From: an uncultured Helicobacter sp.
GTDB taxonomy: Bacteria > Campylobacterota > Campylobacteria > Campylobacterales > UBA6016
NCBI GenBank assembly: GCA_964630205.1
Contig: CAZVTM010000002.1
Coordinates: 31,235-95,234 of the forward strand
DNA: 64,000 bases
Direction of reading: 5' to 3'
The position numbers were made by a program, and so were the translations under genes. Positions 49,062 to 60,228 of the stretch are shown piece after piece (positions within the stretch are counted from its first letter, which is position 1; each line of letters opens with the position of its first letter). A model generated the notes under the pieces. The model ran no database searches, was not told the DNA's origin, and saw only the letters and a program-made list of their open reading frames with translations.

Positions 49062-50166
49062 CCGTTTCGCCACATTTACATCTCTTTTTTATTTCTTCTA
49101 CTTTTGGGCGACTGCCGTATTTGTTATCTTTGTTCCAAAGACACTCCTTGATCTTGGCTATACCACCGCCCAGATAGGAATACTCCTTTCTGTTATGCCG
49201 CTTATTAGATTTATTACCCCTTTTTTGTTTAGCTCAAAGCTTAAGCTCACAAAACAGACATTCCACCTTTCGCTCATATTTTCAACGCTGCTTTTTGCGG
49301 GAATTATTTTTACATATCACAGTTTTTGGCTTTTGTTTTTAAACACTCTGCTTTACGGACTTTTTATCACAGTCACTCTCCCTTACGTTGATTCCGTCGC
49401 GCTAAAAGAGGTACAAAAAGAAAAATATGGGCTCATTAGACTTTTCGGCTCGATAGGCTTTATGGGGGCGGCCATAGCCATCGGAAAAATGGATTTGGAC
49501 AAAGAGACCGTATTTTTGCACTATCTCGTATCGGTGGCATTAATGTCGGTTTTTGGGGTATTGCTTGCCTCAAAAGAAAAGACGGAAAACGAAGACAGTA
49601 AGACGACCAAAGAAAACGAAGGAGATCTAAAGAAATATATAGCCGATGCCCCTTTTTGGCTTGCAATGATACTAGTTCAGCTTAGTTTCGGGGCTTTTTA
49701 CGGGTTTTTTACCGTTTTTGAGCACGAATACGGTATTAGCCTTGAGAATATCACATACCTCTGGAGCATAGGAGTGCTCGCTGAGATATTTATGTTTGCA
49801 CTACAAGGCAAACTCCTCAAAAATATCAGGCCTCTTTTTATTATCAAGCTAACGATAGTCTCTCTTGTCGCAAGATGGCTGCTTTTACACTTTTTTGAGG
49901 GCAATTTTTTTGCCGTCGCACTAGCGCAAGTCACCCATGCGCTAAACTTTGCACTATTTACTACCGCCGCATTTTTGTTTGTTTACAATAGGTACGAAGA
50001 CAAAAAGAGAGCTCAAATGCACTTTTACGGCTTCTCGTACGGCCTTGGCGGATTCTTTGGCTCGCTCATCTCAGGGGCACTGTACGGACAAAATATATTT
50101 TTGTATTCGGCTATTTTTGCCGCTGCCGCCCTTTTGTTTATGATTTTTTACCGCTCTAACGAGTAA
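49039..50166 (+). CDS. MFS transporter
   Basis: 375 aa, about 12 TM. Confidence 0.7.
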   Translation: MKKTRMPSRFATFTSLFYFFYFWATAVFVIFVPKTLLDLGYTTAQIGILLSVMPLIRFITPFLFSSKLKLTKQTFHLSLIFSTLLFAGIIFTYHSFWLLFLNTLLYGLFITVTLPYVDSVALKEVQKEKYGLIRLFGSIGFMGAAIAIGKMDLDKETVFLHYLVSVALMSVFGVLLASKEKTENEDSKTTKENEGDLKKYIADAPFWLAMILVQLSFGAFYGFFTVFEHEYGISLENITYLWSIGVLAEIFMFALQGKLLKNIRPLFIIKLTIVSLVARWLLLHFFEGNFFAVALAQVTHALNFALFTTAAFLFVYNRYEDKKRAQMHFYGFSYGLGGFFGSLISGALYGQNIFLYSAIFAAAALLFMIFYRSNE

Positions 50167-52972
50167 ACCCTATATCAACTCTTGAATTTAGCGCTTTTTC
50201 TTTTGTTTCAGGAGCCGATAGCGGCTTTGATGATATAGCTATCCTATCATCAGCTACCCCGTATGATACAAGCGCTTTTTTGACTGCAACCATTCTAGCT
50301 TTTGCTAAAGTCTGCATCTCATTCTCTCCGGCAGCGATATGGGAGATAATCAATGTTTTCATATCTCTTGCGGACAACGATTTTTCCAATCCCAAAAGAT
50401 TTTTTGGCTTCGGAAATTTCTCATCTTTATAGGCAAGTTTTAGATACTTCTCATATTCCGTATCGCTTATAGGCTGAGGATTTTGCGTTTTTAGCTCTTT
50501 TGCCTTTGCGGCTAACAAACGTCTTGTAAACTCTTTTTCTTTATATCCGTTGATATCGGTCGATGCATCCACAAATCCCGTAAGTTCTGCCTTTAAAGAC
50601 GGTTTTTTATTGATTATCTCAGCCGTTTTTTTGAGTTTTGCACTTTCGCTTTCGCTAAGTACGGCACTCCCCGGCTCAAACACTGCGTAGCTGAGCTCGT
50701 CGCCACCGCCAAACATCGAAGCCAAAGCACTAAACGGCGATTTTATTATTTTTACTATCAGTTGGCGTATCAATTTCCAAACTACTGCGCCGCTCTTTAT
50801 CTCAGGGTCGTCCAGACTCCCCTCTACAGGAAGCTCTATATCTATATTCCCCTTGTCGTCTTTTAGTATTGCAAGGGCTAGATTGTACGGGAGTCTAACG
50901 GCACCCTCGGAGGCCACCTCTTCGCCTAGATTGAATCCAAAAAGCGAAATTTTATTTTCTGCCGATAGTTTGCGCCCAAAAACCGTATAGCTAAGCTCTA
51001 GTCCTAGGTTGCCGCTGTCTATCTTTTGCCCGATAAACTTCTCGGTGTAAGGGGTAAACTGCGTCATTGCAATATCAACAGTCTTTGCCTTTAGTAAAAG
51101 GGAGAAATTGGCCTTGTCCGGCACAATGCTGCCGTCTATAGCTATGCGCCCATATCCTCCGCTGTTTGCCTTTAGCTCGATGCGGGCGGAGCGGTTTTTG
51201 TCAAGCGAGAGAGCTCCTATGCTTCCGGTTATCCCCGTAAGAGAGGTCTTAAATCTGTTTTTTAAAGACCTATCCTCAAAATCAACCATACCCCCTTGCA
51301 GGGTAAATTTATCCAGCGAGAGGGATATGTTTTTTGACGGCTCGGCGGTTTTTGTGACGTTTGCCTCTTTTGCCTCTTTTGCCTCTTTGGATTTGAAGTG
51401 TTTTGCGATATTTAGAGTTTTGTTCTCATCTATTTTTAGGTTTGCGTAAAAACCGCTGAGCGCAGCGCCGCCGATTTTTGTATCAAGGCTCGGGTATGAA
51501 GTGTTGATATTTTTGACGCTTAGGGTCTCAAATGAGACGAGCCTTGCGTTACATTTGTCGGTATAAAGACCAAACTTTCGTACGTCTATAAAACCGTCTT
51601 GTATATTAGCAACAGGGTTTGCAGCCCCCAAAGAGGCCTCAAACTTACACCCCGTGTCGACCTCGCCGCTATACATACGCAGCGTCGGCGGCAAAAATCC
51701 TAGTTTATCCAGTGTAGTCAGAGGAAGCTTAGTAAGTCTTAGCTCGCCTTTTGCTTTTTTGCTGATAGGCAACGCTTCACAGCTGATATCAACGGCACCC
51801 TCACTAGTTGAAGCTTTAACGTCCGCTTTTATCGGCTCGTCTTTTGTATTTTGGATATTTGCGAGATAGGCGGAGAACGAATCGACATCAATCTTGTATG
51901 GCTTTTTGCCGATAAACAGCTCGTCCTCATAATGGGCCTTACCGTCAATACTCAGCTTGGCTACCGATATACTCCACGGCTTAGCCTCTTTTTCCCCATC
52001 TTTTTTATGTTTTGGTTTGGCTATGTTTTTTGACTTTTTATAAACTGCGTCCACCCCTTTTGCGCTTATGGACTCTACTTTTATCTCCTGCCTAGGGAGT
52101 GCAACGCTTGCCCTCCTAATATCAAGATCCGAACACGCTATTTTTGCCCCGTCGGCAGACAAAAAAAGATTTTTTAACTTTACGTTTGCCTCAAGGGAGA
52201 GTTTGTTTGTCGCACCCTTCTCAAAATCGGCTTTAACGTCAAAGGATAGCTTGCCGCCGATATTCGACAAAGCGGAGTCTTCGGGCAAAAAAGCATTGGC
52301 TATGGAGGTGTCAAAATCGCTGATTGATAGTTGAATTGAACTTTTAAGATCTTTTGCCAGCGGGCGACTCTTGGCGGCAAACGCAAACGGCGAGCCGTTA
52401 AATACCCCCTTGATGCTAGGCTCGGTAAAAATCTCGGTATCGTAAGGGACAGTCGAGATAAACGGCACCGAAACATCTGTCTTGGTCAGCCTAAATTCAC
52501 GCCCCAGCACGTCGTCCTTATACGCTATGTCCGTATTTTTGAATTTGATATTGTTGAGCGAAAAATAAAACGGGTCTGAGTTTTTTGACCCATCTTTTTT
52601 TGGCGGAAAGATTTTTTGGAAATTAAAAGTCTTGTTGGCATCCCTGTGAACGGAGAGTTTCAGTGAATCCACCGTTAGCTCGTCGACTATAAATGCCCTA
52701 TTTGCGACGCTGTAGTAGCTAAAATCAAAATCCAGCGACTCAAAAGAGGCAAGCGGCTTTCCTTTGTGCAAGAGGGAGAAACCTTCTACGTGAGCTCTTG
52801 CAGTCATCGGCTCAAAACTTATTTTTTGCACATCAAGCGTCATGCCGTATTCGGCAAGTTTTTTTTGAGCTACATATTTGACGATTGAAGGAACGGCAAA
52901 AAACAACAGCGCATAGAGACCAATCAAGATAAATGAAAGTTTTGCAAAAAAGTTGGATTTGTTTTTTAGCAT
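50156..52972 (-). CDS. DUF748/AsmA-like large envelope protein
   Basis: 938 aa with an N-terminal TM anchor, a long beta-rich body and an OmpA-like C-terminal tail. The family call is from memory. Confidence 0.6.
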   Translation of the reverse strand: MLKNKSNFFAKLSFILIGLYALLFFAVPSIVKYVAQKKLAEYGMTLDVQKISFEPMTARAHVEGFSLLHKGKPLASFESLDFDFSYYSVANRAFIVDELTVDSLKLSVHRDANKTFNFQKIFPPKKDGSKNSDPFYFSLNNIKFKNTDIAYKDDVLGREFRLTKTDVSVPFISTVPYDTEIFTEPSIKGVFNGSPFAFAAKSRPLAKDLKSSIQLSISDFDTSIANAFLPEDSALSNIGGKLSFDVKADFEKGATNKLSLEANVKLKNLFLSADGAKIACSDLDIRRASVALPRQEIKVESISAKGVDAVYKKSKNIAKPKHKKDGEKEAKPWSISVAKLSIDGKAHYEDELFIGKKPYKIDVDSFSAYLANIQNTKDEPIKADVKASTSEGAVDISCEALPISKKAKGELRLTKLPLTTLDKLGFLPPTLRMYSGEVDTGCKFEASLGAANPVANIQDGFIDVRKFGLYTDKCNARLVSFETLSVKNINTSYPSLDTKIGGAALSGFYANLKIDENKTLNIAKHFKSKEAKEAKEANVTKTAEPSKNISLSLDKFTLQGGMVDFEDRSLKNRFKTSLTGITGSIGALSLDKNRSARIELKANSGGYGRIAIDGSIVPDKANFSLLLKAKTVDIAMTQFTPYTEKFIGQKIDSGNLGLELSYTVFGRKLSAENKISLFGFNLGEEVASEGAVRLPYNLALAILKDDKGNIDIELPVEGSLDDPEIKSGAVVWKLIRQLIVKIIKSPFSALASMFGGGDELSYAVFEPGSAVLSESESAKLKKTAEIINKKPSLKAELTGFVDASTDINGYKEKEFTRRLLAAKAKELKTQNPQPISDTEYEKYLKLAYKDEKFPKPKNLLGLEKSLSARDMKTLIISHIAAGENEMQTLAKARMVAVKKALVSYGVADDRIAISSKPLSAPETKEKALNSRVDIGFTR

Positions 52973-53047
52973 GGTCGCCTCCGGCTCGTTACTAGCCTTA
53001 GGTTATCTCTTTTTGCCTAAAAAAAGAGCAGTTTATTTTTGACTTAC

Positions 53048-53070
53048 CGTTATATTTTTATGTATACTTC
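53048..53070. promoter_or_regulatory. Candidate ModE operator
   Basis: cgtTATAT-ttttatg-TATACttcg resembles the E. coli ModE consensus TATAT-N7-TAYAT. It lies 30-50 nt upstream of the modE GTG. Confidence 0.35.
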
Positions 53071-53099
53071 GCATAGTATGCAAAAAGTGGAGGCAGAGC

Positions 53100-53879
53100 G
53101 TGGAGCTAGAGGGTAGAATTTGGCTTAAAACAAGCGGCAAAAGTTTTCTCGGAAGCGGCAGAATACATCTTCTGGAGCTGATAGGCAAAAGCGGTTCGAT
53201 ATCCAAAGCCGCAAAAGAGATGGGGATGAGCTACAAAGCCGCCTGGGATGCGGTAGACGCTATGAATAACCTCTCGGATGAGCCACTCGTTGCCAGAAAC
53301 ACGGGGGGCAAAGGCGGTGGCGGCACTACGATAACGCCTAAAGGTGAAGAGATTATTAGGGTATTTAAGGCGTTAGAGGAGAAATACGAGCTATTTTTGT
53401 CCTCTATTTCCGAAAATTCGGATAATTTCGACATTTTATACAAAAACCTACGAAGGATCAACATGAAAACATCGGCAAGAAATCAGCTATTTGGCAAAAT
53501 AGACAAAATAGTAAAAGGTGCAGTAAACAGTGAGGTGGAGCTAGATATAGGTGACGGCAACAAAATAGCGGCGGTTATCACAAACGACTCGGTAGAGTCG
53601 CTAGGATTTGAGGTAGGCGAAGAGGCATACGCCATCATCAAAGCAAGTTGGATAATCATATCAAAAGAAAAACCGAAAAAAATAAGCGCAAGAAACGTGC
53701 TAGAGACCAAAGTAACAGCCGTGATTCCAGGGGCGGTAAACTCGGAGGTGAAGATGTCGATAGCCGACAAGACGCTGGCGGCGGTCATAACCAACGAGGC
53801 AATGGGGGAGTTAAAAATCAAAGAGGGCGACAAGGTATACGCAATCTTCAAAGCCTCAAATGTAATTTTAGGAGCATAA
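53100..53879 (+). CDS. modE: Molybdate-responsive regulator ModE (HTH plus two Mop/TOBE domains)
   Basis: GSISKAAKEMGMSYKAAW HTH, and two SARN...G.V tandem Mop repeats. Confidence 0.88.
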   Translation: MELEGRIWLKTSGKSFLGSGRIHLLELIGKSGSISKAAKEMGMSYKAAWDAVDAMNNLSDEPLVARNTGGKGGGGTTITPKGEEIIRVFKALEEKYELFLSSISENSDNFDILYKNLRRINMKTSARNQLFGKIDKIVKGAVNSEVELDIGDGNKIAAVITNDSVESLGFEVGEEAYAIIKASWIIISKEKPKKISARNVLETKVTAVIPGAVNSEVKMSIADKTLAAVITNEAMGELKIKEGDKVYAIFKASNVILGA

Positions 53880-53880
53880 A

Positions 53881-54636
53881 ATGATAAAAAAAATACTAAT
53901 TTCACTGGCAATAGCAAAAGCAATCTTGTTCGCCGGCGAGGCGAAAATAACGGCGGCGGCGGACTTGGTGTATGCCTTTAAGGAGATGGAGGCAGCTTTT
54001 GAAAAACAAAATCCGGGCGAGAAGCTATCCATTGCGTTCGGTTCTAGCGGCAAGGCTTTTACCCAGATAAAAAACGGTGCGCCATACGATATGTTCTTCT
54101 CGGCAGATATGGGATATGTGCAAAAACTAAAAGACGCAGGGCTTGCCGTGGGCGAGCCAAAACCTTACGCATACGGTCGTATCGGACTTTGGGCTCCAAA
54201 AGGAAAAGGGGTAGATGTCTCAAAAGGCATTAGCGTCCTAGCAGACCCGAAGGTCAAAAAAATAGCTATAGCAGATCCAGCTCATGCGCCATACGGCGTG
54301 GCGGCGGTCAATACGCTTAAAAGCCAAAATCTATATGACAAACTAAAAGACAAATTCGTACTCGGCGAAAATGCATCGCAAGCGGCTCAATTTACGCAAA
54401 GCGGAGCGGCGGAAGTGGGGATGCTTCCTATATCACTGGCATACTCCGAAACGCTCAAAAAAACGGGAGATTTCTATCTTTTGCCTGCCGCTTGGCATAA
54501 CGACATAGTGCAAGGATACGGAGTGCTAAAAGCGGGCGACAAAAATCCAACTGCAAGAAAATTTGAGAGCTTTGTAGCTTCCAAAGAGGCTAGAGAGATA
54601 TTCAAAAAATACGGATTTGTTCTGCCAAATGAATAG
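53881..54636 (+). CDS. modA: Molybdate ABC transporter periplasmic binding protein
   Basis: Signal peptide, FGSSG, PYG.AA motifs. Confidence 0.88.
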   Translation: MIKKILISLAIAKAILFAGEAKITAAADLVYAFKEMEAAFEKQNPGEKLSIAFGSSGKAFTQIKNGAPYDMFFSADMGYVQKLKDAGLAVGEPKPYAYGRIGLWAPKGKGVDVSKGISVLADPKVKKIAIADPAHAPYGVAAVNTLKSQNLYDKLKDKFVLGENASQAAQFTQSGAAEVGMLPISLAYSETLKKTGDFYLLPAAWHNDIVQGYGVLKAGDKNPTARKFESFVASKEAREIFKKYGFVLPNE

Positions 54637-55024
54637 ACTAAAAGTGATAGTTAAAAAAATAGAGACGCTAGAGGGTATCGCCAAGATTGTCGCAGTGTGC
54701 GGCGATATACCTTTGACCGCAATAACTTTGGAGCTTCCAAAAAATATTGAAGCAGGGCATGAGGCTTTTTTTATTTTTAAAGAAACAGAGGTGGGAATAG
54801 CCAAAAATCTAAGCGGCGAAATCAGCTTTTCAAATCTTTTTAACGGCAAACTCATCGGTCTAACAAAAGGCAAAATTCTCACAAAAGCCATAATTGACAT
54901 GAAGGGCGAGAGAATAGCCTCCATTATCACAAACGATGCCGCCACGAGACTTTGCCTTGAAGTAGGCGACACCGTAACGGCTTTTGTGAAAGCTACAGAG
55001 GTTAGAGCGGAGGTTTTACATTGA
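54629..55024 (+). CDS. Stand-alone TOBE/Mop domain protein
   Basis: 131 aa from the ATG at 54629, between modA and modB. It has two TOBE-like halves (..IASIITNDAA..L.L..GD.V.A.VKA..V). Confidence 0.65.
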   Translation: MNRLKVIVKKIETLEGIAKIVAVCGDIPLTAITLELPKNIEAGHEAFFIFKETEVGIAKNLSGEISFSNLFNGKLIGLTKGKILTKAIIDMKGERIASIITNDAATRLCLEVGDTVTAFVKATEVRAEVLH

Positions 55025-55707
55025 GCGAACTCTTCAACCCCGCTTTTTGGGAGCCGTTTTGGCTGACTATAAAACTAGCGGTCATTACGACTATTTTTTT
55101 GTACATTATCGGTATTCCAATCGCCTATTATCTGGCGTACTCAAAAGTGCGCTTCAAGTCAGTTCTTGAAGCCGTCATCGCTATGCCACTCGTGCTTCCA
55201 CCCTCCGTGCTCGGCTTTTATTTTCTGCTGGCGTTTAGCCGTGACGGGTTTTTGGGCGCATTTTGGAATGATATTTTTGGGCATCAACTAGCGTTTCACT
55301 TCGACGGACTCGTTATCGGCTCTATTATTTTCTCTCTACCGTTTATGGTACATCCGCTTCTAAGCGGTTTTAAGGCGGTCGAAAAAAGCCAAGTAGAAGC
55401 GGCTTATACGATGGGTAAGGGCAAATTTCAAACACTACTGAAAGTCATTTTACCCTCGATGAAGCCCTCCGTCATAACAGGTGGCGTTATCGCTTTTGCT
55501 CACACCGTAGGCGAGTTTGGCGTGGTGCTAATGATAGGCGGCAATATCGACAACGAAACAAAAGTCGCTTCAATAGCCATTTACAACGAAGTGGAAGCCC
55601 TCAACTACACCACGGCGCACATCTATTCGCTTATTCTTTTTGCCTTTTCGTTTGTGATACTTTGGCTTGTATATATGAGGCTGGGACGAGAGGTTAAGGG
55701 GGTTTAG
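55021..55707 (+). CDS. modB: Molybdate ABC transporter permease
   Basis: TTG start with TTGA overlap. The EAA loop is EAAYTMGKGKFQTLLKVILP. Confidence 0.88.
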   Translation: MSELFNPAFWEPFWLTIKLAVITTIFLYIIGIPIAYYLAYSKVRFKSVLEAVIAMPLVLPPSVLGFYFLLAFSRDGFLGAFWNDIFGHQLAFHFDGLVIGSIIFSLPFMVHPLLSGFKAVEKSQVEAAYTMGKGKFQTLLKVILPSMKPSVITGGVIAFAHTVGEFGVVLMIGGNIDNETKVASIAIYNEVEALNYTTAHIYSLILFAFSFVILWLVYMRLGREVKGV

Positions 55708-56577
55708 ATGATAAAAATAGATATTGCAAAAAAACTTCACGGAAGCCGTGGCGAGATAGATTTTAGGGTCGCTCATGAGTTTGAAAGCGGCGAGTTTTGG
55801 ACAATTTTTGGGGAGTCGGGCATAGGCAAGACAACACTTATGCGAATGATAGCAGGGCTTGAAACACCAGATAGTGGAACTATCGAGGTGGGCGGCGAAA
55901 TTTGGTTTGACGGAGCAAAAAAAATCAACCTTGCTCCTCAAAAAAGAAAAGTAGGTTTTGTTTTTCAAAATTACGCTCTGTTTGAAAATATGAGCGTACT
56001 GGAAAATCTGACATTTGCGCAAACCAAAAAAGATACGCCAAAAGCTATGCAAATTTTAGAAAAAATGGGGATAGCAGAGCTAAAAAACAGGCTTCCATCT
56101 ACTCTATCAGGCGGTCAAAGGCAGAGGATAGCGCTAGCCAGAGCAATAGCTCAAGAGCCAAAAGTACTCTTGTTAGACGAGCCGCTATCTGCCCTTGACG
56201 CTATCATGCGCTCAAAGCTTCAAGATGAACTCAAAAAAACGCATGAAGATTTTGCGCTAACGACGCTGATGGTCTCTCACGATAGAAGCGAGGTGTTTAA
56301 GCTAAGCGACTACGCCATGTGGCTAAAAGACGGGCAACTATACAGAGCGGGCAAGCCAAAAGAGATATTTTTGCCAAAAGAGAGTTCTAGCAAATTTAGC
56401 TTCACAGGAGAGATTTTGGCTCTCGAAAAAAGAGATATTATCGTAGTTGCCACTATCGGCATAGGACAAAATATCGTAGAAGTCGTACTCGATGAGACAG
56501 AGGCAAAAGAGTTTGCCGTAGGATGCGAGGTAAGCGTAGCCGCAAAAGCGTTTAATCCGATTTTGAGAAAAATCTAA
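55708..56577 (+). CDS. modC: Molybdate ABC transporter ATPase with C-terminal TOBE
   Basis: Walker [18 protein letters not shown] and Walker B LLLDEP. Confidence 0.88.
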   Translation: MIKIDIAKKLHGSRGEIDFRVAHEFESGEFWTIFGESGIGKTTLMRMIAGLETPDSGTIEVGGEIWFDGAKKINLAPQKRKVGFVFQNYALFENMSVLENLTFAQTKKDTPKAMQILEKMGIAELKNRLPSTLSGGQRQRIALARAIAQEPKVLLLDEPLSALDAIMRSKLQDELKKTHEDFALTTLMVSHDRSEVFKLSDYAMWLKDGQLYRAGKPKEIFLPKESSSKFSFTGEILALEKRDIIVVATIGIGQNIVEVVLDETEAKEFAVGCEVSVAAKAFNPILRKI

Positions 56578-56578
56578 A

Positions 56579-56989
56579 TTTATAGCGGGCAAACGACTAG
56601 ATTCAAGAGGCAACCCGATGGTAGAGGTGGATATATGTCTTGAAGACGGCACATTTGCTAGAACCGCTGTTCCGTCAGGAGCTTCAACTGGTGTAAATGA
56701 GGCTTGTGAGCTTAGAGATGAAGACGCAAAAGGTACGGGGGCAAAAGGTGTTCAGAAAGCCGTAAAAATGGCGCACAACGCAGACTGGGGCGCAATGGTA
56801 TCGCATAGACGCGGCGAGAGTATAGATAGTTTTATAGCAGACCTAACAGTCGGACTTGATACTGGACACTTAAAAACCGGCGCACCTTGTAGGGGTGAGA
56901 GAGTTGAAAAGTATAATCGGTTAATGAGAATAGAAGAAGAACTTGGAAGCTCTGCGATATATGCTGGACAAAAAGTGTTTGTGAGATAA
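56579..56989 (+). pseudogene. eno: Enolase remnant with about 300-codon internal in-frame deletion and lost start
   Basis: The reading frame gives ..[17 protein letters not shown]...[17 protein letters not shown]...GKGV.KAV (enolase residues about 10-65). This joins directly to KMA...G...[17 protein letters not shown]...G..KTG...R.ER..KYN.L.RIEEELG (residues about 360-425). The catalytic SHRSGETED motif has degenerated. Confidence 0.8.
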
Positions 56990-58162
56990 ATGAATAAAAA
57001 CATTATAGCTCTTGGCGTAAATAGCTTTTTTACAGACTTTGCGACAGAGATGATTTTACCGTTGCTTCCGATGTTTCTTGAGCGGTTTTTGCACGCCACA
57101 AAAGGCGAGATTGGTATTATTGAGGGGACGGCGGAGTTTGGCGTAGCTTTGCTTATTGCGCTTTCCGGTTTTTTATCGGATAGACTTGGCAAACGCAAAA
57201 TACTAACGGTTATCGGTTACGGTTTTTCAAACCTTATCAAGCCTTTTGCATTTTTTGCCTCAAGCCCCCTGATGGTCGCCACAATAAGGGTTGGCGACAG
57301 GCTCGGCAAGGGCATAAGAACAGCCCCAAGAGACGCTCTTATTTCGGCATATACCCAAAAAGAAAAAAGCGGTTTTACATTCAGCTTTCATAAAATGATG
57401 GACAGCGCAGGCGCAGTTGTAGGCTCGCTAAGCGCTTTTTTGCTTTTGTGGTGGCTCGGAGAGAGCGAAGCGTCGTTTCGCACCATCTTTGCTCTTAGCC
57501 TTATTCCTGGCGTTTTGGCTATGCTCGTATTGCTCTTTTTTGTCAGCGACGCACCGTTTGAGCCGACACCTATAAAACGGTTTCGCCCAAGCGCACTATC
57601 AAAACAATTTTATGCGCTTGTAATCTTCCAAACACTTTTTAGCTTTGTGGCGATGAACTATTCGTTTGTGATATTAAAAGCTAGTGAGAGCGGTATGGCT
57701 TTGCTTATGATTCCTCTTGCCTACATGCTTTATAATCTATCTATTTCCATTTTTGCCATACCGATAGGAAAGTCTGCCGACAAAATCGGCAAAGCGACAC
57801 TGCTGGCTATTGTCTATATAGCTTTTGGGCTAACATCTGCACTACTTACGATAAATTCCCAAATCGGGGTATGGATTGCGTTTGGTGTATACGGCTTTTT
57901 TGCCGGTGGGTTTAACTCTTTGGCAAAAGCCATTATATCCGACACAGTGCCGCAAGAACTCAAAGCAACAGCTTATGGCGTATACTATACGAGTGTTGGT
58001 TTTGCTACGCTTTTATCGCTTATTTTGGGTGGATATATATGGGATAGCTTTGGAAGCGATTGGCTCTTTTTTATCGTCTCATTTGGAGCTATTGTTTTGG
58101 CGATTACTCTTTTTTATAGTCGTCATTTGTTTGAAAATATGGGCTTACGAAGCGGTCTATAA
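56990..58162 (+). CDS. MFS transporter
   Basis: 390 aa, 12 TM, with a D-R-x-G-K-R loop motif (DRLGKRK). Confidence 0.75.
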   Translation: MNKNIIALGVNSFFTDFATEMILPLLPMFLERFLHATKGEIGIIEGTAEFGVALLIALSGFLSDRLGKRKILTVIGYGFSNLIKPFAFFASSPLMVATIRVGDRLGKGIRTAPRDALISAYTQKEKSGFTFSFHKMMDSAGAVVGSLSAFLLLWWLGESEASFRTIFALSLIPGVLAMLVLLFFVSDAPFEPTPIKRFRPSALSKQFYALVIFQTLFSFVAMNYSFVILKASESGMALLMIPLAYMLYNLSISIFAIPIGKSADKIGKATLLAIVYIAFGLTSALLTINSQIGVWIAFGVYGFFAGGFNSLAKAIISDTVPQELKATAYGVYYTSVGFATLLSLILGGYIWDSFGSDWLFFIVSFGAIVLAITLFYSRHLFENMGLRSGL

Positions 58163-58954
58163 ATGAAAAATAAAAATCTCTACTCATTTTTTAGCGGCGG
58201 CGTAGTCGGAAGCCTAGGCGGCCTAGTCGGTCTCGGCGGGGCGGAGTTTAGACTGCCCATCCTTGTCGGCTACTTCGGCTTTGCCACAATCACGGCAGTT
58301 ATTATCAACAAGTTAGTCTCCCTATCCGTCGTCGTTTTTTCTATAGTTTTTAGAAGCTCCGTTATCTATTTTGATGAGATTTTGCCCCATGCATGGACAA
58401 TCATAAATATTTTGACGGGCTCTCTTGTCGGCGCATATTTTGCGGCGGATTATGCGTGCAAAATAAGCCAAAAAAGCCTCAATAAAATCATTTTGCTAAT
58501 ACTCGTAATCCTTGCACTCTCAATGCTTCTCGGGCACGAATATATCAAAGCGGGAGAGCCGCTATTTGAAAACCAAGCCTTGCTTTTTGCCTCCGGCATA
58601 GTCGCCGGAGTACTCATAGGCGTTGTAGCCGCCGTGCTTGGCGTGGCGGGTGGGGAGTTTATCATACCGACGCTCATACTACTATACGGGTGTGATCCGA
58701 AGCTCGCCGGAAGCTTATCTCTTTGTATCAGCCTACCTACAATGCTAGCGGCGTTTTTTAGATACTCGCAGGGTGAGCAGTTTAGAGAGGCGATGAGACA
58801 CAAAACTTTTATTATTTTTATGATTATTGGCTCTTTTGTCGGTAGCGCTATCGGGGCGGCGCTACTTGGCTTTGTGAACTCCGAGATGATAACGATAATT
58901 TTGGGTTTTATACTGTTAATTTCAGCCGTTAAAGTATTTAAAAATAGCAAGTGA
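58163..58954 (+). CDS. TauE/SafE (TSUP) family anion exporter
   Basis: 263 aa, 8 TM, with two GxGGGxxxxP-type repeats (GLGGAEFRLP, GVAGGEFIIP). Confidence 0.75.
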   Translation: MKNKNLYSFFSGGVVGSLGGLVGLGGAEFRLPILVGYFGFATITAVIINKLVSLSVVVFSIVFRSSVIYFDEILPHAWTIINILTGSLVGAYFAADYACKISQKSLNKIILLILVILALSMLLGHEYIKAGEPLFENQALLFASGIVAGVLIGVVAAVLGVAGGEFIIPTLILLYGCDPKLAGSLSLCISLPTMLAAFFRYSQGEQFREAMRHKTFIIFMIIGSFVGSAIGAALLGFVNSEMITIILGFILLISAVKVFKNSK

Positions 58955-59025
58955 CTCTTTTTTATACAACAAAATTGTCACTAAAACTTTTATAATATTG
59001 GCAACATACAAAAAAAGAGGTACTA

Positions 59026-60228
59026 ATGGCGATTGATATCGAATATATTTTGAAAAATGAACGCCTTGTCGTCCACCTCCAGCCGATCGTATCGCCAAAC
59101 GGCAGAGGGTTTTTCGGGATGGAGTCCTTGATAAGGGGCATATCGGACGATGGGGGCGTAATACCTCCTTATATACTATTTGAAGAAGCCGCGAAACACG
59201 GGCTCAGTCTTGAACTTGATAAGATATCTAGAACCTTGGCTATTAGGGCATTTGAACCGTTATACAAACAAAATAACAAGCTAATTTTATTTGTCAATTT
59301 TGAGCCTAGCCTCATAGACAATTTTGAACCTGGTAAATATCTCTTTTACGGCGAACTCAAAAAACTAGGAATACCATACGAAAACGTAGTGCTAGAGGTC
59401 AAAGAAGATGAAATATCGGACACCGCTAAGCTAAAACTATTTTGTGATCACTACAGGGCGCTCGGTTTTAATATCGCTCTTGACGATTTTGGGGTCGGGC
59501 AATCGAGCTTTGACCGCATAGCAGTAGTCCGCCCGGATATCATCAAAATCGATAGAAGCCTCATAAGCAATATTTCACACAACCAAATACATCGCGAAAT
59601 AGTCAGTGCAATATGCAAAATGTGCCACAACATCGGCGCAATGCCTCTTGCCGAGGGCGTAGAGAGTATCGAAGAGACGGTGTGCTGTATGCGGCTTGGA
59701 GCTACTTTGATACAGGGTTTTTATATCGCGAGACCTTGTGAAAAAGTAGCCGAAAAAGACCTAAGGCAAAAAGTCTGGGACGTAAACGAAACATACTCGA
59801 AAATACTCAAAAACATGCAGCTTGAAGAGAAGAGATTTCACGAAATGGGCGAAGAGGTGAAAAACTTGTTTTGTTCGTTTGTGTCCAATGCCCAAAATAT
59901 AAAAAACTGGACAGAATCCGGAACCGGACTTTTAGAGGAACACCCTAGCGTAGAGGCTCTATATCTGATAGATAACGAAAATAGACAAGTGGGGCACACC
60001 CTAATCAAAAGCCAGACAAGATCTTTTTATGAGCCTACGAAAGACGGCTACGACTATTCGTTAAAAGAGTATCACATAAGGGCGAAAAACGCTATAGACG
60101 GCAAACACCTAACGGAGCCTTATCTCTCGCTTGCCTCAGGTAGTCTATGCCGCACATACGCATCCAGAATCTCTATATCGCAAACGCCGTATGTGCTATG
60201 TATAGACTTCTGTGTAGGGGCTAATTAA
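59026..60228 (+). CDS. EAL-domain c-di-GMP phosphodiesterase with C-terminal Cache/PDC-like sensor domain
   Basis: ESLIR (EAL variant), N..., ALDDFG, IKIDRS, AEGVE and QGF motifs in the first 240 aa. The C-terminal 150 aa (LYLID..G...G......YD.S.KEY........TEPY.S..SG) look Cache-like. No TM. Confidence 0.75.
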   Translation: MAIDIEYILKNERLVVHLQPIVSPNGRGFFGMESLIRGISDDGGVIPPYILFEEAAKHGLSLELDKISRTLAIRAFEPLYKQNNKLILFVNFEPSLIDNFEPGKYLFYGELKKLGIPYENVVLEVKEDEISDTAKLKLFCDHYRALGFNIALDDFGVGQSSFDRIAVVRPDIIKIDRSLISNISHNQIHREIVSAICKMCHNIGAMPLAEGVESIEETVCCMRLGATLIQGFYIARPCEKVAEKDLRQKVWDVNETYSKILKNMQLEEKRFHEMGEEVKNLFCSFVSNAQNIKNWTESGTGLLEEHPSVEALYLIDNENRQVGHTLIKSQTRSFYEPTKDGYDYSLKEYHIRAKNAIDGKHLTEPYLSLASGSLCRTYASRISISQTPYVLCIDFCVGAN

